This document shows, one piece after another, positions 35,854 through 53,352 of a stretch of DNA of 64,000 nt. Numbering within the stretch: position 1 is the stretch's first letter; each line of letters begins with the position of its first letter. Under the pieces are notes generated by a model, which made no database searches, had not been told where the DNA came from, and saw nothing but the letters and a program-made list of their open reading frames with translations. The translations under genes were made by a program, and so were the position numbers. The stretch is from Dictyostelium discoideum (Eukaryota). The stretch spans positions 1,600,001 to 1,664,000 of the forward strand of contig CM000152.2 of the NCBI GenBank assembly GCA_000004695.1, given 5' to 3'.

Positions 35854-38559
35854 CCACCATTACAACCATTAACACCTGACCCAATAATTAATAGTGGTTC
35901 TGGATCATTGGGTAGATCGAATCAATTAAAGAAAACTAGTTTAATTTTAAATGATATACCAGAGAATTCAATATTGGAATCACCATTACCACCACCACCA
36001 CAATCTTCAAATTCATTTTCAACATCAAATATTATTACAACAAATAAAACGCCAACTAAAACACCCAAAACGCCAAAAACACCAAAAACACCAAAAGATT
36101 CTAAAAAAGCTACAACTACTATAACAACAACCACTTCTACAGCATCAATTGATAAAGATTTAGCAAATTTACATAATTTAGAAGATAAAAAACAATCATC
36201 ATTTAAAAAGAATTTTAGTTCATTTATAAATGAATTGAATGGTGATTCACCAATTGCTTTAGTTGTTGATAAAGATAAACCATTTCCAACAACAACATCA
36301 GTAACAACATCAACTATTACAACAACTACAAATGATGAAATTGAAAAAGATAAATTAAAAGAATCAAGAACAATTAAAAAACATCAATCATTAAAAAAAA
36401 ATATTGTACCACCATTAAATATTGATCCAACTACAGGTTTAATTCATGCAAGTAATAAATTATCAATATTAAATGATAAAGTTGGAGATACAGGACCAAT
36501 ACCAAATGTTGAACAACCATCAATGTTTTCAATTAAAGATACGACCAATATTTTCAATTATAAGAAACCAGTGATTTCATCGAGTACCAAAGAGTTTATA
36601 GTTTGTTTAAAGAGGGTATTAATTGATAAGGAAAAGATTATGGAAAGAAATGATCAATCTCTTAGAACCGTTATACATAAACTATTCTTTACAATTAAAA
36701 AGTTACACCAAGATGGTAGTTTAAATATCCTATTCGATGATTTAAGGTTAATAACAGAGATTATCATTAGATCAGGTTATTTCATTCAAATTTTTAGATC
36801 ATTTTTTAAATTAATTGACGAAGTTAAAACTTCGGAGGTTTTCTTTAGTTTTCTTTCAGAGTGTCGTCATATGGTGGATATTATCAATTTAATAATTAAA
36901 GCCGCTGGTCATGGTAATGAAACTCAAACTAGAAAAATGATTTACATTGAAGAGGATCATCGTAAAATTCTATTGAAACAAATTAAATATCTCATTCAAA
37001 TTCTATTACAAAATGAAGAGTTAATTTCATTGGTTCGTAATATTAGTAATTTAAAGAAACAGGTTGACATTGCAAAAGAGGAACAAAGAAAAGCATTTCC
37101 CTATGATTTAAAAGAGAATTTAAAGTATGCACCATTCACCAATGAATTCATATGTGCAGCTCAATCGATAGTTGGTGAAAAAGTTAATATACGTAATATC
37201 TTTGCAAATGTAAATCAAGCGATAACCTATATTGGTAGTAATAGAAATTATAAACGTGTTATTAAAGAGTTTTCAACCATCATTCGTAGAATCTATTCAA
37301 CTGAGGAATCAAATTTAACAATTGAACTTGAAACTCAAACTCGTCAAGCTATGGATAGATTGGAGATAATGATAATTGAAATTTGTTCTCTACCATCATT
37401 GGTTGAGGTTAGAGTACAATTAACATTATTAATCTCTTCATTTATGTCTGACCCAATCAATGAAAAGTTAATTCACGATATTAAAGATCTATTCAATAGT
37501 TTAAAATCTGATAAAATTGGTAAAAAGATTGATATAAACATTTTTAGAGAATTAAAACTATTGGTATTCCCATATCTTATTCATAATATTCACAAGATAT
37601 CAATACCAAATATCGTTGGTTTAAAAGAGAGTTCAAAGAAAAAGATTGAATATAGATTAGAGAATATTAATTTAATCCTAACTAAAATCGATCCAAATGA
37701 TTTAAAAATCAAATTAATTTCTTCGGTTGAAACTGCACCATTAGTATTGAAAGGTTGTATCAAATCGATTCTATCGATAGAGTTAACAAATATTCAATTT
37801 CGTTTGGATCAAGTAGAATGGTACTTTAAGAAATCATCTTTTCCAAAGATTAAAGACAATGGTTTGGTTAATATTTCAACTGGTGGTGATGGTGATGGTA
37901 AAGGTGGTCATGGTGGTGGTGTTGATATTAAATTGAAGCTATCTTTCTCTCCAAAGATATTGGATAGTAAACATTGTTTCCAAATTTTAAAATCCAAATG
38001 TAAAATCAATGATATTCATATCAATATACTCAATAGTAATCATAATGGTCTCTATAAAACCATCTATAAACTATTTAAGAAAAAGATAAAGAAATCAATC
38101 GAAGATGCAATCTCTGAACAAATTAAAATCAAAGTTATGGAATTGGATCAATATATCTATGATCTTTTCTTGGCAAATGATAAACCAACCGTAGATAAGA
38201 ATTCAATCAAAAAGTTAAATAAAATTAAACGTGAGAAAATTTTAGAAAGAATTGTAACAGAAATTCCAACTTCAATTAAATCATCACGTAGATTCTCATT
38301 ACTCTCTTTCAATTATCCAAATCCAAATGGTAGTAGTGATGATTCACCAACTAATGTCTCTGGAACTAATACTCCAAGATCAACCACTTCAAAAAGATCT
38401 TTAGATGATGAAATTGAAGAATTCATTCTAAAAGAACAACAACGTGAACGTTTAGAAGATGAAGATAATTTAAATAAAAATTCTTTAGGTTATGAATTTA
38501 AATATGAATATAATTCACCTGCACCATTTGCAAAAACTGCTTCAAATTTTCCAATAACA

Positions 38560-38593
<34 letters not shown>

Positions 38594-38700
38594 CTTCAAA
38601 TTCAAGTATTAATCCTCCTTCGCCTTCAGTTGAATCTCAACAAAGAAGATCTTCTCAACCTGATTTATATCAATATGAAAGAAGAAAACAAACTTTTTAA
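35440..38700 (+). CDS. Hypothetical protein of 1086 aa with an S/T/Q-rich N-terminal half and an alpha-helical C-terminal half; no family recognised.
   Basis: Long uninterrupted ORF with Dictyostelium codon usage. Contains TPKTPKTPKTPK and poly-Q tracts. The C-terminal region contains GGDGDGKGGHGGGVDIKLKLSFSPKILDSKHCFQILKSKCKINDIHI. I could not match it to a known domain. Confidence 0.55.
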
Positions 38701-38721
38701 AAATAAAAATAATAAGACTTG

Positions 38722-38752
<31 letters not shown>

Positions 38753-38887
38753 AATAAACCTTCATTGTATAGAAAAAATAAAAATAAAAAAAAAATAAAA
38801 ATAAAAATTAAATCTATCTTTTTTTTTTTTTTTTATTATTACTTGTTTTATTATTATTATTATTAAACGAAATCCTTTTTAATTATT

Positions 38888-42613
<3,726 letters not shown>

Positions 42614-42948
42614 TATTACTTAAAAAAAGAAAAAAAAGTAATATTATTATATGTTACTAATAAATTTAAATAAACAAAATAAAAAAAACAAAAAAAAAAA
42701 AAAAAAAAAAGAAAAAAATTAAAAAAAAAAAAAAAAAATTCACTTTTCTTGGAAATTTGATGATTTTTAAATTCTAAAAATAAATCTTAAAATTATTTTT
42801 TGAAATTTAGAAATGTTTAAATATGGTTTTTTTTTTTTTTTTTAGATAATTTTTTTTTTATTTTTTTTTTAAATTTTTTTTTTTTTATTTTTTTTTTTTT
42901 AAAATTATATATTTTTTAATTTGTTTTTTTTTTTTTTTTGTTTTAAAT

Positions 42949-45602
42949 TTAATTATTAACAACTAAAGAATTATTTTGTCTCTTTTTGTGAGATTTTTGT
43001 TGATTGCTATTGTGATGTTTTTTATTTTGATATTGTTGGTTACCTTGATTTTGATTTTGGTGGTGATGGTGATGATGTTGAGTGGTTTGTTGTTGTTGTT
43101 GATGATGTTGTTGTTGTTGTTGATTGTGGTGATGATGGCCGTGGTGTTGATGACCATGATGTTGGTGACCATGATGTTGACCACCAGCGATTGGTAAGTG
43201 ATCATTATCACCCTTCTTTCTGTAGGAGGTACCAAATTTAACATCGTAAATACGTTCATTTTGTTCGACAAAATCAACTAAAGATTCAGAGTAATGAAGA
43301 GCAAGATATTGGAGTTTAGTTTGTTCAGCACGGAAAGTGATTGATTCGGTAGAGTGTTCCATTGAGGCAGAGATTTCGTGATTATTCATCATTTTGGCGA
43401 CGATAGAGTGAACTTGACTCTTTGGTAAATGGAAACGATCGGCCAATTCACTGAGGAGGATACTATCGTAAGAAGTGGAATAAGTGAAGAGGAAAGTCTT
43501 TAAGGAGACCTCTTGAACGATACGAGTGAGTTTTTCACGAACACTGTCAATGTCTGGGATGAGGGACCAGAAACGAAGGGTGTTGACATGTTCGAGACAT
43601 TGTTGCCAGTCACCAGCGGATAAGGCTTTGCTAGCTTGATAGATGATATCTTTTGAGGTTTCGGATGGGGCAATAAAGATTTGACGATCGACACTATCCA
43701 TATGACGTTGATAGAATTTACAAGTTTTGAATTTGTTATCGAATGGACGATAGGCATTTTGTGGAACTGCGATTAACATACCAGAGATGAGATTAACGGT
43801 TTCAATCAAATCGATTGGAATCCACATATGAGCAGGAAGGATACGAGTGGTCTCTTCAACCTCTCTAACGGTATCTTTTTCAGCGGTTTTGCTTTGAACT
43901 GATAAACCTTGAGCCAAAAGATCCTTACGAAGACCAGAGAATTCGACGACACAATTTTGAGCCTCTTGAATGTAACCACAACGGAAAGCACAAAGACCCA
44001 ATTGAACCATAGCACGATTGAAAAGGATTTGAGTTGAAACATCCATGAGTGTTGGATTATCTTGGAGATGAGACATGAGCATCATATCACGAGCTTCATG
44101 GAATTTGTTATTGATGGCATTGAAGTAGATGTTACAAAGAATGGTACGAGCATTGAGACGTTCATCACCAAATTTATAGACAAAAGATGAGAGTTTACTC
44201 ATCAAGGTAATTTGCTCACTCAATGGCATTGTGCTTGGGATGATATTGTTTTTGAGATTACTTGATTTGTAGTAGATATGTTCGATACGACGAATGGCAA
44301 TCTTTGCGGCGGCGCCATTGTTACCTGCAGACTCGTAATACTTTTGAAGTGATTCACCCAAGTCTAAGATGATTTGTTCGTCTTGTAAACGATCTAAATA
44401 CTCTTTGGTTGGATAGTTGATTGATTGAAGTGACTTTGAGAATTCGTCATCCAACATTTCGAATAAAGCTAAAAGATTACCAGTTACTGCTACTTGACCC
44501 TTGCTGATGGTTGGTTCTTGGTGTTCGAGAACCAAGACAAAGTTGGTATTGGTCTCCAAGATCTCCAATAACTTTTTGATGCCATCGGCAACCTTTTGCC
44601 AAACTGGAATGGAGAGAGCAACCTTTACAGATGCAGTATCGAATTGAGCGGCAATCAATTCATAGAGTACAATAAAGGTCTCCTTATCGCCTTGGATTAA
44701 ACTGTAAAAATATTCAAGTTGTTGAATTTGTTTCATTGGGTCAGTCTTTAATTTACCTCTGTTGGAGATGACTTCTTTAACTTTCTTCATGATTTGGTCT
44801 TGAGTCAATTTCTCGCCTTCACCCTCACCGGCGGTTGGAACGGCACTGCCACTTCCACTGAGTGGTGAGACTACAGCATTTCTACGATCCAATTTATCCT
44901 TATCGGTCTTTCTCACGGTGGTAACTGAAGCTTTGGCTACAACCTTTTTATCGTCTTTAATCATCCATTTGTTATCGCCAGAGTCGTCATCACTGTCACT
45001 GTCAGAGTCGTCATCACTATCGGATGACCATGACTCTGAGATCAATTCTTCACTCTCTGATTCAGATTCTTCACTCTCTGACTCACTATCGTCATCACCT
45101 TTTTTGGTTAATGGTTTCTTTGCAACTACAGCTTTGGTGGCTGGTTTCTTACCAAATGCAGCTTTACCTTTACCTTTACCTTTATCATCATCTGATGATT
45201 CACTCTCTTCAGACTCAGATTCACTTAAATCGTCATCATCATCATCACTGTTGGCTTTGTTCTCTTGTTCATTCACCAATGCTGGATTATCATGATATGG
45301 TTTCAATTCCTTTGCATAGAGATCACATGTTTTCTTTAACTTTTGTTTGATTGAATTGTATGATTTATTATTATTTGCATGTAATTTCTTTTTTTGTTCT
45401 GTTGTTAAATCTCTATGACTTGTTTGAATAATAAATAATGCTTTAATAAATGATGGTGGGAAACCTTCTTTTTCAATAATTCTAGTTGTTTTACCATTTG
45501 TAATTAATTTTGTCATATTATCAAATTCTAAATATAATAAATAATAATAATAATAATAATAAAATATGTTAATATATTTTATGTGTGTTTGTGTGTGTTA
45601 AT

Positions 45603-45665
<63 letters not shown>

Positions 45666-45898
45666 CCTGAAGTAGTTGAAACCCAATCATTTGTTTTAAG
45701 AGCATTTCTAACTTTTTTTAAACTTTCATCAAATTGTTGCCAAATTTTATCTTTAGCTGATAAAACGATTCTTTTCTCTTCAATTTCATCTTCAGATGAT
45801 GAAACATAACGAGTTGGTTTTTTTACTTGAACATCTGAATCTGATGATGACTCTGATGATGATTCTGATGATGAACCTTGTCTATAAAAACGTGACAT
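42949..45898 (-). CDS. eif3C: Eukaryotic translation initiation factor 3 subunit C (eIF3c/NIP1), about 936 aa. Exons are 45898..45667 and 45527..42949.
   Basis: Exon 1 MSRFYRQGSSSESSSESSSDSDVQ...VLSAKDKIWQQFDESLKKVRNALKTNDWVSTTS plus G matches human MSRFFTTGSDSESESS...VVRSAKDKRFEEL...IRNAMKIRD. A G|GTAAAT donor and a 139-nt intron containing (ATTT)15 lead to acceptor ATTTAG|AA and (E)FDNMTKLITNGKTTRIIEKEGFPPSFIKALFII, compare [34 protein letters not shown]. Acidic S/D/E block, then a PCI domain (ILFNRAMVQLGLCAFRCGYIQEA...LRFWSLIPD...TYLFTYSTSYDSILLSELADRFHLPKSQVHSIVAKMMNNHEISAS). Confidence 0.9.
45607..45665. repeat. (ATTT)n tetranucleotide microsatellite, about 15 units, inside eIF3c intron 1.
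   Basis: The motif atttatttattt... is uninterrupted from about 45607 to 45665. Confidence 0.9.
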
Positions 45899-46287
45899 TA
45901 TTTAATAGTATATAATGTGTGTGTGTGTGTGGTTTGGTGTGCTAAAAAAAAGTGCTGTTTCTTCTTTTTTTTCTCTTGTAATTTTAATTTATTATGTGAT
46001 GGGATTGATGAGGAAATAATTTAAATAATAATATTATAAAAAGTTGTTATGCTTAATTTGATATTATTAAAATAAATAAAAATTATATTTCTATGATATA
46101 ATTGATTATCACTCTATCTGTAATAAAAATAAAATTATAAAAAAAAGTGAAAAAAAAAAAAAAAAAAATTGAAGTGAAAAAAAATGAAAAAAAAAAAAAA
46201 ATTTTTTTTGCCGACATTATAATCGAAATTCATTTTTTTTTATTTTCATTTTTATTTTTATTTTTATTCTTTTTTTCTCTTTTTTTC

Positions 46288-46318
<31 letters not shown>

Positions 46319-46411
46319 ACTTTATTGATTTATTATTTATTATTATTATTATTATTATTTATTTGTTAAAAAAAATTAATTTTTTTTTTTTTTTTTTTTT
46401 TTTGTTTTTTT

Positions 46412-46449
<38 letters not shown>

Positions 46450-46735
46450 ACCAAAAATTGAAATTTAAAATTTTATTTTTAGAAATACTATATTTTTTAA
46501 TTTTAATTTTATTTTATTTTTTTTTTTATTTTTTTTCTTTTATAAAACATTCCTTTACCAAAATTTAATTAAATTTCCCAATTAAACTAATATTTTTCAA
46601 ATATTTTCTATTTTTTTTATATTTTTTTTTATATTTTTTTTTTTTTTTTATTGTCCAAAATTTGGGGTTGTGTTTTTTTTTATTTTTTTATTTTATTATT
46701 ATTTTGAATAAATTATTTTAATTTTTAAATTAATA

Positions 46736-47008
46736 ATGACAGATATAGAAATAAAAGAAAATGAAGAAAACATAACTATAATTAATATAGGTATTGAAAT
46801 TATAGTGAATGAAAGATCAAATGCATTATTCAACACATTAAAATCAAATATAGAATCATTTATAAAGCAACGACCAAATAAAGAGAATGAAATAATTCAA
46901 ACACTTTATTCATTGAACAATTCATTGGAAAGAGCAGTTAAATATTTCGATTATCCTGATAAATCAATTGATTATTATAAAATTATTTTATTAGGAATAT
47001 CTGATAAA

Positions 47009-47054
<46 letters not shown>

Positions 47055-48284
47055 GTAATAATACATTTCATATTAATTATCAAAATAAGGGTATTATACC
47101 TACGATACCAATTAAATTTCAAATAAATTATCAAACATTTATATATAAATTATCAACAGAACCACCACAAAGTGAATTATCTGATGATTTAGAAACTTCA
47201 CCACCCTATCAACAATTAGTTTTACCAAATAAATCAATTGAAACACTTTGGGAAAAGTATTTTTCATTCATCATCCCTAATTTTCATTTAATAAATTATT
47301 TTTACTAATTATTTATTATTATTAATAAAAAAAAAAAAAAAAAGTTTAATTTATGAAGATGGTTTAAAATCAAAATTATTATCATATATGTCAACATTAA
47401 TTGTAAGAACAAATTTATATTATTATAAATTTATATTATTATAAAACTATTAAAATTTTTTTTTTTATTTTTTTATTTTTTTTTTTTATTATTATTATTT
47501 TAGTTATTTTCAAAATTTAGAATAGATTCAAATATTGTATCAAATAATAAAGTAATATTTTTATATGGACCACCAGGTACAGGTAAAACAAGTTTAGCCA
47601 AAGCATTAGCGCAAAGAATATCGATTGTATATAGGGATAGATATCAATTTTCACAATTGATTGAAATTAATACTCATAGTTTATTTAGTAAATGGTTTTC
47701 AGAGAGTGGAAAATTAGTGATGAAAATGTTTGAGAATATAAAAGAGTTATTAGAGGACCAAAATTGTTTTGTAATGATATTAATTGACGAAGTTGAAAGT
47801 TTGGCAGCAGCAAGAAGTTCAGCAATTAACAATGGTACAGAACCAAGTGACTCGATTAGAGTGGTGAATGCATTTCTAACACAATTGGATCAACTAAAAC
47901 AATATTCAAATGTTTTAGTTGTTGCAACTTCAAATATAACGAAAGCGGTTGACCTCGCCTTCATTGATCGTGCCGATATTAAACAGTTTATTGGACCACC
48001 ACCAATCGATGCAAGAAAAATACATCTTTCAAACTATATTCACTGAATTATCAAATAAAGGTATACTAACATTAGATTATGAAACATTGGATACTCAATT
48101 AATATCATTATCAAATTCTACTGAAAACTATAGTGGTAGAGCCATTAGAAAATTACCAACCGTAGCATTATCATCTCATATTGCCTATACTCAATTTCCA
48201 ATTCATTCAAATAGATTCACTTGTATCTTATTAGATTTTATTGAAAAAAATAATTTATCAAATAATCAATTATTAAATGAATAA
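46736..48284 (+). CDS. TRIP13/Pch2 AAA+ ATPase homolog. Exons are 46736..47256, 47345..47402 and 47504..48284. An apparent +1 frameshift in the A5 run at 48016-48020 interrupts the frame.
   Basis: Exon joins reproduce the human order LWDSLVYDVEVKSHLLDYVMTTLLFSDKNVNSN as LWE|[20 protein letters not shown]|[10 protein letters not shown]. The donors are AA|GTATTT at 47257 and ATT|GTAAGA at 47403. Walker [44 protein letters not shown], Walker [12 protein letters not shown] and sensor VVATSNIT are present. After [11 protein letters not shown] the conserved continuation (K)[14 protein letters not shown]...[14 protein letters not shown]..., compare human IFKIYLSCLEEL...LSGRVLRKLPFLAH, is in the +1 frame. 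Frame A ends ...HLSNYIH* at 48046. Confidence 0.75.
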
Positions 48285-48336
48285 TAAATATTTATTATTT
48301 TTTAAAAATTTATATATATATTGTTTATTTTTTATA

Positions 48337-48377
<41 letters not shown>

Positions 48378-48403
48378 TATTTTTTATTTTTTTTTATTTT
48401 ATT

Positions 48404-50743
48404 TTATCTAACTTTACCATTACCAATTTTTTCAGAAACTAAAGGTTCATTTTGATTGATAAATAATTGAGATTTATTATAACTAATAATTTTATCAATA
48501 CAAGTGAGATCATAATGAAGGAATTCTTTTTGATAATCAATTGTTGGTTTTGGTTTAATTGACATACCTTTACCGGCAATTTTTGAACCAGCTTCAATTG
48601 ATTGTGGATTTGATGGTACCAAGAATGATAAACTTTCTTTAGTGGCTTGACCATCATCAGCAACAAGAATCATTGCTTCAGAGAGAACACCTTTGAATTT
48701 TGAAGGTTTCAAATTTAATACTACAGCCAATTTCTTACCAATGAGTTGGGATTTTTCAAAGTTTGCTTTAATACCTGAAACTGCGGTTTTAGTTTGATCA
48801 CCACCTAAACTTAATTTAATTACATATAAATTCTCTGCGGATGGATGATCATTTACCTCCAAGACTGTGGCAATTTTCATATCGATTGGGAATTCTGGTC
48901 CGATTCCAGAGAATTTTGTACGCCATTTCTTGAGGTCATCGGCTTCGATTTTCTTTACCAATGGTAAGATTTCCTTTGAAATTTCATGACCTGCTGGAAT
49001 TGCATTGATGTCGAAATGGGTGGAATATTTAGTTGGTTCAACATTTAATTGTTGATGGACTTTATCGGTGAGTGATGGGATGTATGGTTCTAAGAGGGTT
49101 GATAAAAGTTTGATTAAATTGATGAGGATTGCCAAGACTTGACCACAACGTTCATTATCTTTACCACTTAAATCCCATGGTTTATTATCTTGCATATAGG
49201 TATTACCAAGTTTAGAGATTGACATGGCAATCTTTAAACCCTCCTTCAATGAGATCTCCTCTAATTTTTGGAAATATTGTACTAAATGTTCATCGACTTC
49301 TTGAACCAATTTCTTATCAACCTCATTCAATTCGCCAATCTTTGGTACGACACCATTGAATGCTGCATTGGTATTCAACATTTTCAATACACGATTAACT
49401 AAATTACCAAAATTATTCAAGAGTTCGTTATTCTTAAAGTTGAAATCGTCCCAACTGAAAATTGAATCTGATGATTCTGGACGATTATTCAAGAGATAGA
49501 ATCTCCATACCTCACTTGGGATACCTGTTGCCTTTGCACCATCACCAAATACACCGGTGTTTCTTGATTTTGAGAATTTACCAGTTTCATAATTGAGGAA
49601 CTCTGTGGTTGAAAGGTTATTTAAGAGTGTGTAATTATCTTTTGAACCAATTAAAGAGGCTGGGAAAATCACTGTATGGAATGGTACATTATCTTTACCC
49701 ATGAATTGTACCAACTTTACATTTTCTGGATTTTTCCACCACTTCTCCCATTCATTGGTGTATTCAGCTGTGATTGAAATGTAACCAATTGGTGCGTCGA
49801 ACCAAACGTAGAATACTTTATCCTTGAATTCCTCCATTGGGACTGGTGTGCCCCATTTAAGATCACGAGTGATACAACGTGGTTTCAATTCACCCTTTAC
49901 CCATGTATTGGTGATGGCAATGGAATTCTCACTCCAATTGCCGCCCTTGGAATTTGTCTCTACAAATTGGTCCACTTGTTGTTGCAATTGTGGTAAGTCG
50001 ATGAAAATGTGTTTGGTTGATTTTATAACTGGTGGTTTTGAACAAACTTTGCAACGTGGGTTGATCAATTCGGTTGGATTCAATAATTTGGAACAACCAT
50101 CACATTGATCACCTCTTGCATCCTCAAATTTACAATGTGGACATGTTCCCTCCACAAAACGATCTGCTAAAAACATCTTACAAGTTTGTTCACAATAAAG
50201 TTGTTCAATCTCTTGAGTTAATGTATATCCGTTATCTTTAATCTTGTTGAAAATATCTTGAGCAATCTCAGTTTGACTATTGGTTGAGGTTCTTCCAAAT
50301 TTATCAAATGAAATATTAAACCATTCATAAATCTCTTTATGAATTTCATGATATTTATCACAAATCTCTTTTGGTGTACATCCTTCTGATAATGCTTTTG
50401 TTTCTGTTGCTGTACCATATTCATCTGTACCACAAATATAAATACAATTATAATTTTTTAAACGACAATATCTATAAAAATAAAAAATAAAAAAAAAGTA
50501 AAATAAATAAAAAAAAAATTTTGATTTATTTTTAGAATTAATTTTGTTTATTTTTTTTTTTTTTCCCAAAAATATTTATTTTTTTAAAATTTATACTAAC
50601 CTTGCATATACATCTGCACTTAATACACAACCAATAATATTACCAAGATGTGGAACATTATTTACGTATGGTAAAGCTGATGTGATTAAAATATTTCTCT
50701 CCCCATCTTTTGGAAGAGGTGGTGTGTTTGATGGTTTACTCAT
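48404..50743 (-). CDS. metS: Cytoplasmic methionyl-tRNA synthetase with a C-terminal EMAP-II/Trbp111-like tRNA-binding domain, about 736 aa. Exons are 50743..50601 and 50471..48404.
   Basis: Exon 1 [47 protein letters not shown] plus AG ends at a GTTAGT donor. After a 129-nt intron, acceptor TTTTATAG|A joins (R)[41 protein letters not shown]...[17 protein letters not shown]...KVCSKPPV. This is collinear with human MARS1 ([57 protein letters not shown]). A KMSKS-type motif (KFSKS) is present. The C-terminal Myf/EMAP-II domain reads [33 protein letters not shown]...[22 protein letters not shown]. The N-terminal MGKKKKINK...FYF stretch of the ORF track is intron read-through. Confidence 0.9.
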
Positions 50744-51480
50744 CTTTGTTTTTATATAAAATTTAAATAAAAAAAAAAAAAAAAAAAAAATGAAATTGAA
50801 ATAAAAAAAAAGTGAAAAAATTTTGTTTTAAAAAAAAACTGAAAAAATTGGAAGAGCAAAACTACAAAATTTAATCCACAAAAAAAAAAAAAAAAAAAAG
50901 AAAATTAAATAAAATTAAATAAAAAAAAAAAAAAAAAAAAGAAATCAATTAAATATAAAAAAAAAAATATATTAAAAACTGGAATTCAATTATTTTTCCC
51001 ATAATTTCACAATTAAAAAAAAAATAAAAAAAATAAAAATAAAAATAAAAAAAATATTAAAAAAACAAAAAAAACCGTGGTTTGATATTATTTTATTTTA
51101 TTTTTAACTTTATTTTATTTTATTTTATTTTATATTGTTTTATTTTGCTTTATTTTATTTTTATTTTTTTATAAAATATCATCCAATTACATGATGGTGT
51201 AATATTTATTAACCACACCCCATTCCTAAAAGTCTGGTAGATTATCTGACACAATTACCATCATTTTTTAATTTTTAAATTTTTTTTTCATGTTTTTTTT
51301 TCAAAATTTCATTTTTTTTTTATTTTTTTTTTTTTTATTTTTTTTGAGTTTTTTTTTTTGAGTTTTTTAATTTTTAACAAATAACTGCATTTACATCTCA
51401 AATTATTTGTACACCAATAAAAGTTAGTGTTTTTTTTTGTGTGTGTGTGAGTGTGTGTTTTGTGGAAATATATTTAAAAA

Positions 51481-51606
51481 ATGGATCCATCAAAAGAGGC
51501 GATTCTTTTTGAATATATACCAAAAGTATTATTTGCAAAACCTCAATTAAATGGTGAAAAACCGCAAGCAACAACAACAACAACAACAAATGGTAGTAAC
51601 AATAAT

Positions 51607-51696
<90 letters not shown>

Positions 51697-52333
51697 AATA
51701 ATAATAATAATAATTCCAATGACGAAGGTGGTGTTATTATGACCATTATGTTAAATGGTGATTGTTTTTTTTATCCAACAAGTGCAGATTTATTGGACCA
51801 ATTACCAGACGTTTTCATGAATAATACAAGTCAAATCAATTATACATATAATAATAGTAGTAGTAGTATGAACTCTATAAATAGTGCAGTTAGTAATAGT
51901 CTCAATAGTATTAATAGTATCAATAACAATAAAAATGGAGCAAACGCAGGAACGACAGGTGCAAAGAAGAATAATATGAAATCGAAATATAATATACCTT
52001 TACATTTATCACCAGAATATAAAGTTTATGCTTTTGATTTTAAACATTTAGATCCAAATGAACCATTTGTATATAAACCAAATACAACACATGTTTCAAC
52101 TGATTCAAAGAAAACTAATAACAATAATAACAATAATAATAATAATAATAATAACCAACAAGATTTTTTTATACCAATTAGATTTAGAAAACCAAGAAAA
52201 TTATTAGTTAGTCATGATAAAAAATTATTAATGATTATTGGTGCAACTATTAAAGGTGTTAGTAGTTTAACAATGTAAGTATTTATATATATATATATAT
52301 AAATATTTATAAAAGAAATTTCTTTTAAAAATT

Positions 52334-52371
<38 letters not shown>

Positions 52372-53295
52372 TATTTTTATAAAAATAGTTATAAAATTTT
52401 AAAAGAAGGACCAAATTATTTTCAATTATTATTTTATGATACAAGTTTTACATATTTAGATGCATGTTTTACATCAGATTCAACAGCAATGACATCAATT
52501 TTAGCGAGATATCCAAATTTTATATTCATATTACAGATTCCAGGTATTCAAAGTAAACCTAGTGTTTGTAATTCACATCCAAATGATCCAGTTGTCAAGG
52601 ATACAGAAAAGGATTCAAGATTAATTGATACAATCGATTATCAAGAGAAGAGGGTAATATTTGAACCAAGAAAAATTGGACCACTTGCAATTGTTGGTCC
52701 AGTTAAGAATTGTTTAGGTCAACCTTATCATATGACACATATAGCTTCAAATCCAAATTTGTTTCCTGATAAAGTTAAAGCATTTGAATTTATTACTTGG
52801 AATGATGATAATATAGGTGAATGTTGTTTTTGGAATATTTTTAAAGATCAACAATCATCTCATGGTATTAGTAGTGGTGGTAGTGGTAGTGGTGGTAGCA
52901 ATAAACATGGTGGTAGTGGTGGTGGTAGTAGTGGTGGTGGTGGTGGTGGTGGTGCTAATAATCATCAATCACCATTAAGAAATATTCCGTCATTAAAATT
53001 TGAGTGGATGACAAAATTTGTAGGATCAATTGTACCAGATAGAGCATGGATAGAAAAAGAATCATCACCAAAGACTCAAATCATTGATATGATTTTCTCA
53101 CCACATGGTGATTTAATAATGACTGTTGTCAAAAAAGAAAACCATGATCATAAAAATAAATCATCAAATGGTATTGGATTTCAATGTATTCCATCGACTT
53201 TGGAATTATTGAATTTTAATAGTCCTACTGATAACAGCAACAGCAGTAATACATCATTATCAAGTAATAATAATAATAATAATAACAATAATAAC

Positions 53296-53352
<57 letters not shown>

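Noticed and set aside
48069-48083. GTATACTAACATTAG resembling yeast intron signals (5'SS GTATAC, branch point TACTAAC, AG) just after the TRIP13 frame break.
   Set aside because: The segment is only 15 nt, far below the minimum intron size. Removing it does not restore the conserved frame, and the motif is coincidental.
50472-50569. N-terminal extension [32 protein letters not shown] of the 721-aa MetRS ORF.
   Set aside because: It is intron sequence read through. The authentic exon 1 (50743..50601) with the conserved [18 protein letters not shown] segment splices to YCRLKNYN at 50471.
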